Source: Azolla caroliniana (Eukaryota; Plantae; Polypodiophyta). From it: DNA of 64,000 nt. The stretch spans positions 18,910,001 through 18,974,000 of the forward strand of contig JBHGNT010000014.1 of NCBI GenBank assembly GCA_043228905.1, written 5' to 3'. Below are positions 50,101 through 60,348 of the stretch, in pieces. The notes beneath the pieces were generated by a model that was not told where the DNA came from, searched no databases, and worked only from the letters and a program-made list of their open reading frames with translations. Positions within the stretch are counted from its first letter, which is position 1; the number at the start of each line of letters is the position of its first letter. Made by a program: the position numbers and the translations under genes.

Positions 50101-52390
50101 AGATGAAAATACCTGAAAATTACGGTAAGAACAATATCGACATTGTTCAATTGTTTCATAGTTATCTGTGAATCTCTCAGAACTCCTCTTTTTGAAGCCT
50201 TTAGAATAACTATCACTACATGTAGATTGATTAACACGAAAATGATATATTCAGTTGTCCTGATGCATTGTCAAGGGTCACCTTTACTGAGCAATTCATT
50301 AGTAAATAAGATTTATAATTCCAGTGTATATCTTATCTGGTGGTTCAAATTTGTTTAAAAATCTCAACAAAATAAAATAAATGAGCCCAAGGATACATAT
50401 TATAAAGTAACTGAAAAAGGAAAATTCGATTTGCGTTATATTTGTCCCATCGCCCAAAAGAACGCCCATGTACTTCAGCACCAGTGCCAACAGAGCTTCG
50501 TAGAGATTGATTCAGTAAGGCCTGCATATACACACTAGGTAAGATAATTCTACACATCGACTACTTTTAAAAATAAATTCCACAATGAGATTCAAGTGAT
50601 AAGCTTTAAAAAAGACAAAACTGTGTTGATCTCTTGCATACAAGCCATGATTTAAACTTGCACTCATAAGAAAATCTACAGGTGCACTATTCAAGAACAA
50701 GACTGAAAGCAGTGCTTATAATCAACGAATCCCAACTACTAAACAATTTGTAACTTACTAAATTCTTTTTAACTGCTGCATAAGCTATTTTCCATCTTCT
50801 GTGTGGAACTGAGAGAGGTTTGGGGTGATAATTTGATGTAGGTACAACGGTCGGAATTTGCTTTTTAATAGTATCTTCTTCCAAAGCCAATGCTCCCAGA
50901 AAATTCTCGTCATGAGGGCGGATGGGTGGCAAATCATCTTCCCAAAGAGGATTTCTTTCAGCAAAATCAGGCTCCTCTTCAGGGTCAATTTCTCTCCTAT
51001 ACAAGCATGAGAGAATACATTGTTGGGTACTATATTTATGAATCACAGCAAACATCATCAAGTCAAATAACTAAGCAACCATTGGAATATTAGTATCAGA
51101 GTTGCGGCCCACAACAAGATACCACAAATGTTGAAATTAATGCATATAACTAGAATCCAAGTGTATGGAAAATATGTACATAATTGAGATTGAAATAATA
51201 CCGCATTGTTGACACCATTATATGGATGGGTTAATTTAACAGGAATGTTTTATAGGTAGAATCCATGCCCACGGTAATATACACACGATACCCATTGAAA
51301 GAATATACAGGCTCAATTTTGAAATAAATTTTCTGGTTTTAATCTAACATGAATGTTTTATAGCTAGAATTAAGACTATGGTCAATGTATGCAATGCTAT
51401 ACATAACCCATGTTGATATAATACCACAATTGTTCAAATAATTTTTCCAGTGATTTAATTTAACATCAATAATTCATACCTAGAATCCAAATATAGGACC
51501 ATAATATGGTATGCATAACCTTACTTGACATAACACCTCAATGATAGAAAACACTTCAGTGGGTTAATCTGACTTGAGTACTCACAATCTTCATCTTAAC
51601 TTGAAATTTGACAATGAGAATGAATGTTTTATAGCTAGGATCCTAGAGTCAGGCCAATGTATGCATTGCTATGCAGTATGCATAACACACTTTGAGATAA
51701 TCCCTCAAATGTTGAAATAATTCTTCAGGGGTTTAAACTACCATGAATTATCATACGCGAAAAACTGACTGTGAAAGTACCGATGGTACTATGCATAACC
51801 CACTTTGAAACAATAACTTAAATGTTGAAATAATTCTTCAATGGAACCATCATAATCTTCATCTTGACATGAAATTTTATAATGGAAGTTCACAGTGAAA
51901 TTTGACGATAAGAATTTTGGTGCTGACAATGAAAAAAAAATTATAACAAAATTTGTCAATGATAGTTTTGATTATGAGGATGAAAATTGAACTAGACACT
52001 GAAATTTAAACACTGAGAATGGAATTGACAAAAATAAATTTCGTAATGAAAATGAGTTTTTTGACCAAGATAAATTTGGCAGCAAGAATGAAAATTTTAC
52101 AGAGATAAATTTGATAATAAGAATGAGTTTTTAGGTCAATTTTTTGACAGGTGAAGCCAAAATTTTGGAAAAGGAAAATGGGAAAGAAGGAAAAACACAA
52201 AGATATTTGATTCAAACGAAACAAAAGGAAAAACAAAAACATATATTCTTTGGTCGCTATTTTGTATTTCTTACTTGGGTTCTGCTATTTTTGCGACAGC
52301 TTCATAGGCAGCGCCGACGAGGTCTTTCGCAGATTGAATCGAAATTCGCCTGCTAGGGCGTCGTCCCGAGGGATCTCTACTGTCCATCAT
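20728..52390 (-). CDS. Four-domain (4x6TM) voltage-gated cation channel alpha subunit, Cav/NALCN/Cch1 superfamily, 24 exons, ~1762 aa, EDDD filter, EF-like and IQ C-terminus
   Basis: Exons (minus): 52390-52275, 50996-50759, 50521-50397, 50259-50113, 46284-46177, 46095-45978, 44849-44725, 44162-44063, 43182-43111, 41514-41448, 39978-39875, 39724-39420, 39284-39079, 38807-38718, 37120-36978, 35797-35553, 34118-33992, 33909-33058, 30353-29850, 28690-28217, 24439-24089, 23744-23365, 21272-21167, 20913-20728. All are GT-AG, phases agree, the total is 5289 nt, and I saw no internal stop. Pore loops: FLTLFQVVSLESW, MFLWFTCTTADMW, LLSLFVVSTFDNI, FITLFQIMTGDNW. S4 segments: LRMFRALLTLR, RILSSLRPLRLLCR, ARIFRVIR. 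S6 segments: LLVNIVVA, LVLNLVIAVI, ILRMFVGVFI, FMNMFVASII. IQ motif: IQSVVRGFLVRR. Confidence 0.93.
21869..22660 (-). mobile_element. L1-like LINE 3' fragment (zf-RVT) in a channel intron
   Basis: CFFCTVIEEDPRHRFIICP...WGTWYNWSLRNGFLF is the CCHC plus WxxWxxRN signature of the LINE ORF2 C-terminus. Confidence 0.8.
22760..23128 (+). mobile_element. Two tandem RTE-like LINE 3' tails embedded in (CT)n
   Basis: The tail ttctcaaagac..gacaacactt.agatgtaatctctt.tttggtcttataggccattttggcctctt.aaagacgttaat occurs at about 22835-22915 and 23010-23090. Confidence 0.8.
24505..25990 (-). mobile_element. 5'-truncated RTE-like LINE
   Basis: The reverse-complement family tail lies at 24505-24600. Upstream on the same strand are RT remnants: LLYADDILL-like, SVNIDKTKVMVF and YTYLGL. 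Confidence 0.8.
26080..26748 (-). mobile_element. Further RTE-like LINE fragments
   Basis: Degenerate reverse tails at about 26085-26120 and 26605-26700, with body sequence similar to 24680-25000. Confidence 0.55.
26749..27575. mobile_element. hAT-like non-autonomous element nested in a LINE fragment; contains (GAAGATGAA)n
   Basis: Termini CATGGTTGTTTA / TAACAACCTTG. Near-identical 8-bp flanks ttgaactt / ccgaactt. Subterminal CGTA/ATACG motifs. Confidence 0.7.
28863..29120. repeat. Tandem duplication (~137-bp unit x2) in a channel intron
   Basis: aacattaatac.tctc.tttcct.atttctcctatgtatggacagggaggcag.gaaacaaaggactctcatgaggacatgtg occurs twice. Confidence 0.85.
30880..31760 (-). mobile_element. 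RTE-like LINE 3' fragment
   Basis: Reverse family tail at about 30885-30980. The body is shared with 49370-49810 and 24680-25000. Confidence 0.75.
31960..32470 (+). mobile_element. LINE AP-endonuclease fragment
   Basis: The ORF at 32073 contains YFPP...GDIVLLGDFNTR, the conserved APE GDFN motif. Confidence 0.8.
34625..35300 (-). mobile_element. RTE-like LINE fragments
   Basis: Reverse tail at 34625-34740. RT-like LFPFLAHMFNKAMCEGFTTSW lies at about 35170-35250. Confidence 0.65.
36398..36712 (+). mobile_element. LTR (TG...CA) preceded by a polypurine tract; 3' end of a truncated LTR retrotransposon
   Basis: TGAGGGGGCA|TGTTGAGAATCAAGC...ATATTTTACA. The same sequence recurs at 46544-46865 (-) and 47205-47473 (+). 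Confidence 0.8.
37670..38610 (+). mobile_element. RTE-like LINE fragment
   Basis: RT domain remnants occur near 37750-37900. A degenerate family tail lies at 38500-38610. Confidence 0.6.
40447..40795 (+). repeat. Duplicated LINE tail plus its 3' flank
   Basis: The tail followed by ttattgtaatgtgggaaaatataaccactttaata occurs at about 40447-40567 and 40670-40793. Confidence 0.8.
40967..41066. other. Assembly gap (100 N) in channel intron 10
   Basis: Run of n characters. Confidence 1.
41780..42900. mobile_element. RTE-like LINE pieces: tail on the minus strand, RT on the plus strand
   Basis: Reverse tail at 41783-41900. Plus-strand RT motif STLDHIFALRAINEE at about 42265-42310. Confidence 0.7.
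46544..46865 (-). mobile_element. LTR copy, same family as 36398-36712
   Basis: Reverse complement of the 36398 LTR, TG...CA bounded. Confidence 0.85.
47205..47473 (+). mobile_element. 3'-truncated LTR copy, same family
   Basis: Begins TGTTGAGAATCAAGCTCAACTCGTGTGAACATG and follows the 36398 copy until about 47473. Confidence 0.85.
47740..48850 (-). mobile_element. Degenerate Ty3/gypsy pol (RNase H - integrase) fragment
   Basis: FVITINHQSLKYF...FSIHYCKGLMNSIVEALS matches the gypsy RNase H C-terminus (F.v.TDH.sL.y...f.i.y..G..N..ADALS). PFEVET-like sequence lies upstream at about 48800. Confidence 0.7.
49350..49815 (-). mobile_element. Well-preserved RTE-like LINE 3' end
   Basis: Reverse family tail with (GAAA)n end at 49350-49520, followed by the body shared with other copies. 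Confidence 0.8.
51120..51850. repeat. Degenerate ~110-130-bp tandem repeat in channel intron 1
   Basis: The motifs tagaatcc, atgcataaccc, aatgttgaaataatt and catgaatgttt(t)atag recur about 6 times. Confidence 0.6.
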
Positions 52391-53123
52391 GCAAGCGGTT
52401 TGTTTCCTGTGCACCGCAGAGTCCTTCTCTTCTCTTCTCTAGACTCTTCTCTAGACTCTTCTGAGGAGGACAGAGGCGAAAGGGGCTGAGCGAGCCATGC
52501 CTCGCAAATAACCGATGGAACCTTCACATGAAAACCTTCAAATACATACATATTTTCTCCTCTACCTTCTCTCTCTGGTTTCCCAAAATTACCCCAAATA
52601 CCCCTCCCAGACAACCTTCATCTTTTTATTTTTATTTCTTTGCTTACGGTATTTTTTTTTGTTATTTTACCCAAATACCCCTCCCCCCAAAAACCATAAG
52701 TTTTTTTTTTTTGCTTTTCGTATTTTTGGTTATTTGCCAGTTTCCCAATTCGTTGATGATCAAAGCGGGCTTTGAGTTGCTTCCAGAGAGTTGATGGATT
52801 CTTGATGGAGAAATATTAATTTAGAAGGCTTACATCACGGTGATGAAGGATGAAGATGAATGCTTCCGCTCCCTTCTTCCTAACATTTGAGTTCTCACCA
52901 TCATTAAATTTATCACTTATCGTATGAAGGAGATCTTTCGCCGTGAGATGGCCTTCAATATGAACCATCCAAGTCATATAATTGAACCCATCGAACGCAA
53001 GTGGCGGGAATAAGCATTTCTCTATTTGTAGAGCTTGAGAAGCCATGCTAATGGTAGCAATAAGGTAGATTTGTATAAGAGAATAATTAATTGCTATGGT
53101 AGAGGCTAATCGTGTTGATAACG

Positions 53124-53390
53124 TGTTATAGAATAGACTATTAAGCAAGCTCAAAGAGCGATTACATATTAATCCAGATCACTAATCACATATCAATATA
53201 ATCTCTAGATAGAGCTCATAGGCTATGCTCGTCAGATATATATATAATGCCAAATTATTCAAATACATGAGTTTATGACCCACCAGATGATGGGATGCAT
53301 GCATACTATTTACATCATGAAGTCTTGTTAACTAAAGCTTAAGACTAAGATAGGTATAACATGACTCATTACATGGATGAGTTCATAACA
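53124..53390 (-). repeat. Copia 3' LTR
   Basis: Adjacent to the PPT at 53391-53400. By eye it differs from 57032-57297 by about 6 substitutions and 1 indel. Confidence 0.92.
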
Positions 53391-56322
53391 CTCCCCCTCA
53401 TCTCATCATCATTGTTTTAGCTCATCAGCTTTAATAATCTTCTAAGTCCAAGAGAAGGAATGTCCAGCCAATGTTTTGATGGAGGTAAACTTTTGGTAAA
53501 AATATCCACCAAGTTCTCGCTTGATGTAATAGGTTGAATATTGATATAATTATCATTGAGCTCACGAGTAAAGGAAAACTTGGGAGAAATATGTTTGATT
53601 CGATCGCCTTTAATGAAGCCCTTCTTGAACTGATTAATGCAAGCACAATTATCTTCATAGATAATTGTTGGCATAATTATCCCGATTAAGTGTTGTAACC
53701 ATAGGCATTCTCAACTTGCTTTATGTAATGACAATATCTCAGCATGATTTGAAGATGTTGCAGCTAATATTTGCTTTGTCGATCGCCATGAGATCGTTGT
53801 GCCACCAACAAGAAAAACATAACCTGTTTGTGATCTGCCAACATGAGGGTCATATGAGAACCCAACAGCATAGTAACCGGTCAATTGACCATGCATAAAA
53901 TTGTTGGTAAAGAAAAGACCCATATCTTTAGTGCCTCGTAAATATCAGAAAATCTGCTTAATTCCAGTCTAGTGTTGCCTGATAGGATCGTGATTATACC
54001 AAACCAGCAAATTGACAGTGGACGAAATGTTCGGACGCGTACAATTAGCCAAGTACATAAGTGCACCAACAATAGCCATGTAACGATATTGTGGTTCCAA
54101 TGTTGACTCGTTAGAAGATCTTGGCCAAAATAGGTCACGAGAAGGATCCAGAGAGCGTACTACCATAGGAGTTCTAATAGAATGAGCTTGATCCATAGAA
54201 AACCGTTTTAATATTTTATTGATATAAGAGCTCTGATGAAGAAGAATTCCATTAGATTGGTGCTCAATCTAAAGACCCAAGCCGAATGTAGTTAAACCGA
54301 GGTCTTTCATTTCAAATTGGTGGCTAAGCATAGCAACGACATCTTCAATAGCATTGGATGTTCCAATAATATTGAGATCATCAACATAAATAGCGATGAT
54401 GACCAATTCTCCGAGATGATGCTTGATAAATATGCAAGGAAAAATATCATCATTCTTAAATCCATGAGAAAGAAGATATTGAGAAAGATGTTGATACCAC
54501 ATACGACCGGCTTGTTTAAGTCCATAAAGTGACTTACATAACTTGATCAATGGATTGCGAAATTTTCCAAGTTGCATAGAGTTGCAAAGCTCTTCAGGTA
54601 TCTTTGTGTATATATCTTTATCCAAATCACCATAAAGATAAGCAATAACCACATCCATGAGACGCATATGAAGACTTCGTTGACCAGTAAAATGAATCAA
54701 CCAACGAAAACTCGTTGCATCCATAATCAGAGAATATGTATCAGTATAATTAATACCTAGTCGTTGCATGAAACCTTGAGCAACAAACCTTGCCTTATAA
54801 AGAATAACTTCTCCTTTATCATTATGCTTCCGCATAAAAACCCAACGATAGCCAACATGTGTATGACCAATATGCATCTCTTGAATTTTACCAAAAACTC
54901 CTCGTTTGAGATGACTATTTAGCTCAACTTGAATAGCTTCTTTCCACTTATCCCAAAACGGAGATGTTTTTGCTTCTTGAATAGTTTGAGGATTTGATTC
55001 GTTCATGAAAGTTGTTGTCATGAGTTGATGGGAAGAGTAAACATGATATAATGACAGTCGTAATCGGATAAGGTGCATTGCATGAAGTACTACATGTCCC
55101 CATGTTGAACTAGGCAAATTTGATTTGAGAAGAATCGGCCGCACAATTACGATAGATTCGCAATAGAGAATAAATGTTGTTGACGTAAACTCGACAACAT
55201 TGTTCATCTTAATCGACTTAATTGGAAAATCTAGGAATTGAGCACACAACTTGATGATAAGGGTGAGGAGTCAAGGCAACACCATGTTGCGAGTAGAAAG
55301 AAGTGTGACGTGAGAAAAACACAATGAAGCATCTTTGACTCCCATGTCATGAGGTGGTATCCATTGCATCGCACATCTGCAAATGCAAGAAGATTTCTTA
55401 GCGAGGTAGGCACATAGATAGCATCATGTATTTCCAAGAAAGTGCCACTTGGAAGTTGGATAGTGGTGAGGCCTCTTCCTTGTCCATTACAAGAACCAAC
55501 TATAGTCTTGATGTCGAAAGGGGCTTGATCTTTAATATGATGAAAGAATTCTTTATGACATAGAATAGTGTGTGTTGAGGCACAATCAATAAGACAAAGA
55601 AAATGGCTTGTATGTAAATCAATCATATGGGTTTCAGTCATGTTATCTTCGGGCCCGAATTCCAAAGGTTGATCCATAAAATTATATTCCATTATTGGAA
55701 TTTTATGGTGAGATCATTGATGTTTTTGCTACCATATTAGCCTTTGGTTTCCTATCTTGACCTTTCTTGCCATACTTCTAGTAAAGATCAACATGAAACT
55801 TAGAAGTTGAGCAAGTATTTGCACAATGCCCTCGTAAACCACATCGAAGACATGAATTCGATGAAGGCTTATCTTGACTTGACTGTGATTGATGGTGCAT
55901 TGGCTTGACTTGATTACTTGTAGGATATTGATTCCTTTGTTGATTTCTTCGTCCTCTTCCTCGACTCTGTTATATGGGTGTTAATAATAATGTTGTCGTC
56001 TAGAATAATTACTCTCGACATGCGTCAAATCCTTGAATTGTAGAGGAGCCGCAAGTTGGCTAACTGGATGAAGATTGTCATTCTCGAGGAGAACTTGGTC
56101 ATGTTGCTCAGCGACAAGAAGTGCAAATAAAAGTTCAACATAGGTTTTAAAATCACGATTATGATATTGTTCGGAAAGATTAAAATTTGAGGGATGAAAA
56201 GTACTTAACGTTTTATTGATTAGATTCGCCTCTTTAACAAGGTTATCATGAGCACAAAATTTAAGTTTTAAAACGATACCAAATAGTGAGGATTTATATT
56301 CAACAACTGTCTTGAAATCTTG

Positions 56323-56649
56323 TGTTAATAATTAGGTACTTAAGCAATGGTTAATTAGTACCTAATTATGTGATTAAGTTAAGTAGCGGAAGGTTATGTG
56401 ATATGTGTGTGAGAGGAAGAGAGAGAGGAAGATACACTTATGAACAATAATATAAATAGGGGATGATTAACCAGAGTGTATATTAAAAAGCGTCATCAAA
56501 TACAAAAATACCACAATGAGGTATATATACATCTCATATGCAAAGGTGCACATGTGTGAGTAGAATATAGGTACAATGGTACTGTAAGTCCTATATTAAA
56601 TGAACATGGGAGTGGAGTATTAAATCTAGTTGAGCTTGATATCTCAACA
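56323..56649 (-). mobile_element. Solo-LTR-like insert interrupting Copia gag
   Basis: TG...CA bounded (TGTTGAGATATCAAGCTCAACT...ATTAACA on minus). Its start resembles the 36398 LTR family. gag resumes at QDFKTV. No TSD. Confidence 0.7.
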
Positions 56650-57031
56650 AGAACAATTCGTTGATGATCAACGCGGGCTTTGAGTTGCTTCCAGAGAGTT
56701 GATGGATTCTTGATGGAGAAATATTATTTCTGAAGGCTTACATCAAGGTGATGAATGATGAAGATGAATGCTTCCGCTCCCTTCTTCCTAGCATTTGAGT
56801 TCTCACCATCATTAAAATTATCACTTATCGTATAAAGGAGATATTTCGTTGTGAGATGGCCTTCTATATGAACCATCCAAGTCATATAATTGGACCCATC
56901 AAACGCAAGTGACGGGAATAAGCATTTCTCTATTTGTAGAGCCTGAGAAGCCATGCTAATGGTAGCAATAAGGTAGATTTGTATAAGAGAATAGTTAATT
57001 GCTATGGTAGAGGCTAATCGTGTTGATAACG

Positions 57032-57297
57032 TGTTATAGAATAGACTATTAAGCAAGCTCAAAGAGCGATTACATATTAATCCAGATCACTAATCACATA
57101 TCAATATAATCTCTAGATAGAGCTCATAGGCTATGCTCGTTAGATATATATATAATGCCAAATTATTCAGATACATGAGTTTATGACCCACCAGATGAGG
57201 GATGCATGCATACTATTTACATCATGAAGTATTGTTAACTAAAGCTTAAGATTGAGATAGATATAACATGACTCATTACATGGATGAGTTCATAACA
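57032..57297 (-). repeat. Copia 5' LTR
   Basis: Followed on the minus strand by the PBS and the gag start MASQALQIEK. Confidence 0.92.
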
Positions 57298-59329
57298 ATT
57301 TGTTTTTATTCACCATATTTTGGTTATTTGTTAGTCTCCTCGATTTACCCAAATATTCCCCTCCCCATAAAACCTTTGTATATTGTTTTTGCTTATCGTA
57401 TTTTTGGTTTTTTTTTCTGGTTTCCTCAAATTACCCAAATACCCCTCAACATCTACCCTTCACCACCAATGTCTCTTTCCCATTTCTAGCCACCCACACG
57501 CACACGTCCAATATATATCGTCTTTTGTCATCATTTGCCTCTTTATATTTCCTCATAAGGAGCTTCTCTGATGATGTATCTTTAAAGTGTAGGACACGTT
57601 GTGAACCCAAACTCGTGGGTTCTATCTAATCCTTGCTTTTTCACATGTTTTTTGTTGCGTCGTATCTTTCATATACGAAACCACATGTCACATTAATGTG
57701 CTTGACTAACCAACAACCTCACAACATCCAAATGGTTGACACGACTATCTTGAGCAACTATGGAGTTTCTGATAAATCCATTAGCCATTCATTGCTTATA
57801 AAAGTGTGTACGAAGGCCATCGAGCTTTCTCTTTTTGAACCATTGCTTGATGTATGAACAAAGACACGACGGTGTTGATAAACTCATTACCCACTTTTTT
57901 TAAAACACGAAGTTAATTACATAAAATATCATTCACGTTACTTCGGGGTATCTTGGTAATAGTTTTTAGAAATTCGAGGGCTTTTCTTTGTTACAAAGTT
58001 GGGGTCCTTTGGGTTTTTTTGTCCCAGGGCTATGGGACCAAAGCGAAAACATTTCACATGGTGTGTGGAATGATATAAGTAGCTCTTGATGTGTTTCTTT
58101 GTTGCGAGATTGTAGATTGGGAAGTGAGGAAAGAAATTATAGAGAAGATATAAAAAATGAGAGGACCTTGAATCTTTTGAAAGAGTTTTGGTAATGTCAT
58201 GAATACAAAATCATCACAACACGATAATAAATGGATATTATTAGGTCATGAACGGAGGGGTAAGACAGACACATTGCTATTGTCATCCTAAGATGCAAAC
58301 TGAAAAGAATACAAAAAGATTAGATAGAGTATGGCAACGCAATGGGAACATACATAGTAATGAGTTTGGGTAAGTATATATTATATGTAGAGTGTCTACA
58401 TGGATGTATAGACATGAGAACATCATACCAAGTTTACCAACAATAAGAATACTTGGTATAGTTATATGTTTCGCGCAACCATTGAATCAATGCATACATT
58501 TCATGTTGGATTGTAATAATCTTCTATAATTGTGTTTAATTTAAGATGACATTGTTATGAGTGTCAAATGTTTGTTACATGTTTTTTACTTTATTGAACA
58601 TATTAATAGGAAACGTGTTATGTCTTTTTTATTTATTCAACATATTATATATCACGAAATCTTGAAACTTCAATTGTTCACACCATGCATGGTAACTTGT
58701 CAATTAAACCTTTTAACACAACTTGATATGGCATGCATATATACATATGTTCATGAATGTTGGTAGGTGTTCTCCTCCTCCAAGGCAAGTTAGACCCTAC
58801 TTGAAGCAATTTAAGAGAAAATTGGCATCGTGCATTGAAAGAGAGATTATTAATGTCTCGCTCATCGAACTTGGCAAAAGAATGCACCAAAAGATAACAA
58901 CATGACAACATGCATTAGAACTACCTTTTAAATTATACTTACTACATGGTAAAAATGACAATGCCAATATTGCCAACCCATGTGCGAATGTAACAACGTG
59001 TTCTCCCAAACAAAAATGCGCGAAGAGTAGTTATGATAACCACAATATCAAGCCCTAGAACGAAAAACACGACAAACCTTTTATACTCAATGATGCGAAA
59101 CACATGTTGTACAACAACATTGTGATGTTTACGGATTTAAACTTAAAATTTCGAGTGACAAGTCAAAAAACAATAAATGGTGGGACATAACAAATCTCCT
59201 AGTATAATGTAAAAAGGCAATACTTTTTTTCACCCGATGGTCTTGTTGGAAAAGACACTCACTTCCCCACAATATATTCTTATGAGGAGCTATGCAAGTA
59301 TGTATGTTTCGTTGGGAGGGAGCAAAGCA

Positions 59330-59870
59330 AAAATGATACAAACACATAGGATGCAGGCAGTTAGTAACAAAGCAAAAACGATACAAACACATAGGACACA
59401 AACATGGACACCACAGACACAGAACAAACACGAGCATGGAGACGAACATGCATGTGGGCGTGGACACGAACATAGACACACGAACAAGAACACAAACATG
59501 GAACATGGAACATGGGCACGAACTTGGATATAGATATGAACACGAACAGAGGACATATGACACATACACAAACACGGACACGAACATGGACACGGACATA
59601 GGACACAGATTACGAACACAAACATAGGAACAAACCCCGCACAAGACACAGACACGAACACAAACACAGACACGAACACAGGACCTTGACATGGACATAG
59701 ACACGAACACAGACATAGGACACAGGTTACGAACACAAACACGAACACGAACACGAACACAAACATAGGAACAAACCCGGCACAAGACATAGACACGGAC
59801 ACGGACACGGACACGGACACAGACACGGGACCCTGACATGGACATAGACACGGACATGGACATAGGACAA
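59330..59870. repeat. Array of GGACAC/GAACAC/AGACAC hexamers with a higher-order ~140-bp period
   Basis: Runs such as acggacacggacacggac and acgaacacgaacac. The unit aaacataggaacaaaccc.gcacaagaca repeats at 59621 and 59761. Confidence 0.85.
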
Positions 59871-59976
59871 CAAGAGATGAGAGGAGAGAAACCAAAATAA
59901 ATGAAATTAAAAACCTAAAAAAAAAGCCCCCAAAAGGACGGACAAAGCTTTTTTGGGGGGGGGGGGGGGGTTGACG

Positions 59977-60210
59977 ACGTGGCAGCTCGTCCACGTGGAC
60001 ACTCCACGTGGCCTCTGGCTTCGCCTTCTTTAAGCTGGGTTCTGTTTGTTCTCTCTTCTGATCTGTGCTTCTCTCCCCTGTTTCTGGGCGGCGCTGTGCA
60101 GTACCCGAGTAATTGCTTCATCTTTCAAGCCCTAATCCTAACCCAAGCAATCCTGGAAACCCTAAATTTACAACCCTAGACCCTAATTCTAAACCCTAAA
60201 CCCTAAACCC
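59977..60210 (+). promoter_or_regulatory. Aconitase promoter/leader: G-boxes and a telo-box cluster
   Basis: ACGTGGC at 59977, CACGTG at 59992 and 60005. Several AAACCCTA motifs at 60157-60210. Confidence 0.55.
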
Positions 60211-60348
60211 TCGAACCAAACCAAATCCTAACCTTACCACAATACCCAAAATCCCAAAACTTTAAATCCTAGATGCCAAACCCGAAACCCTAATATCTCT
60301 TCAAGAATCAGAGAACTGCCCTCAGTTTCCCCCCTGAATAGCGTTCAC

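Larger units (their letters stand above)
52746..57297 (-). mobile_element. Degenerate Ty1/Copia LTR retrotransposon (Bianca-like) with an extra PBS-gag segment after the 3' LTR
   Basis: LTRs at 57032-57297 and 53124-53390 (TGTTAT...ATAACA). PBS CGTTATCAACACGA. PPT TGAGGGGGAG. gag (FDGSNYMTW, QDFKTV, zinc knuckle CLRCGLRGHCANTC), protease CLIDCASTHTIL, RT KARFVAQGF / KSLYGLKQAGRMW / IYVDDL, RNase H IYEDN..KHI..DIFTKSL. Frameshifts and stops are present. Confidence 0.95.

Noticed and set aside
50299-50490. Frame ALVLKYMGVLLGDGTNITQIEFSFFSYFII as channel S1-S2
   Set aside because: Its phase is incompatible with the flanking splice sites. The other frame (RSFGRWDKYNANRIFLFQLLYN) joins correctly, and S1-S2 is encoded by 50113-50259.
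20728-52390. Two separate two-pore channel (TPC1) genes, or animal/fungal contamination
   Set aside because: The exons join in one frame across four repeats with one start and one stop. The introns share TE families with the neighbouring plant BRIZ gene.
59129-59994. 244-aa and 234-aa Cys/Val-rich ORFs
   Set aside because: They are produced by the GGACAC/GAACAC hexamer array and show no protein-like complexity.
60157-60210. Interstitial telomere or chromosome end
   Set aside because: There are only a few CCCTAAA units, within a gene leader, consistent with telo-boxes.
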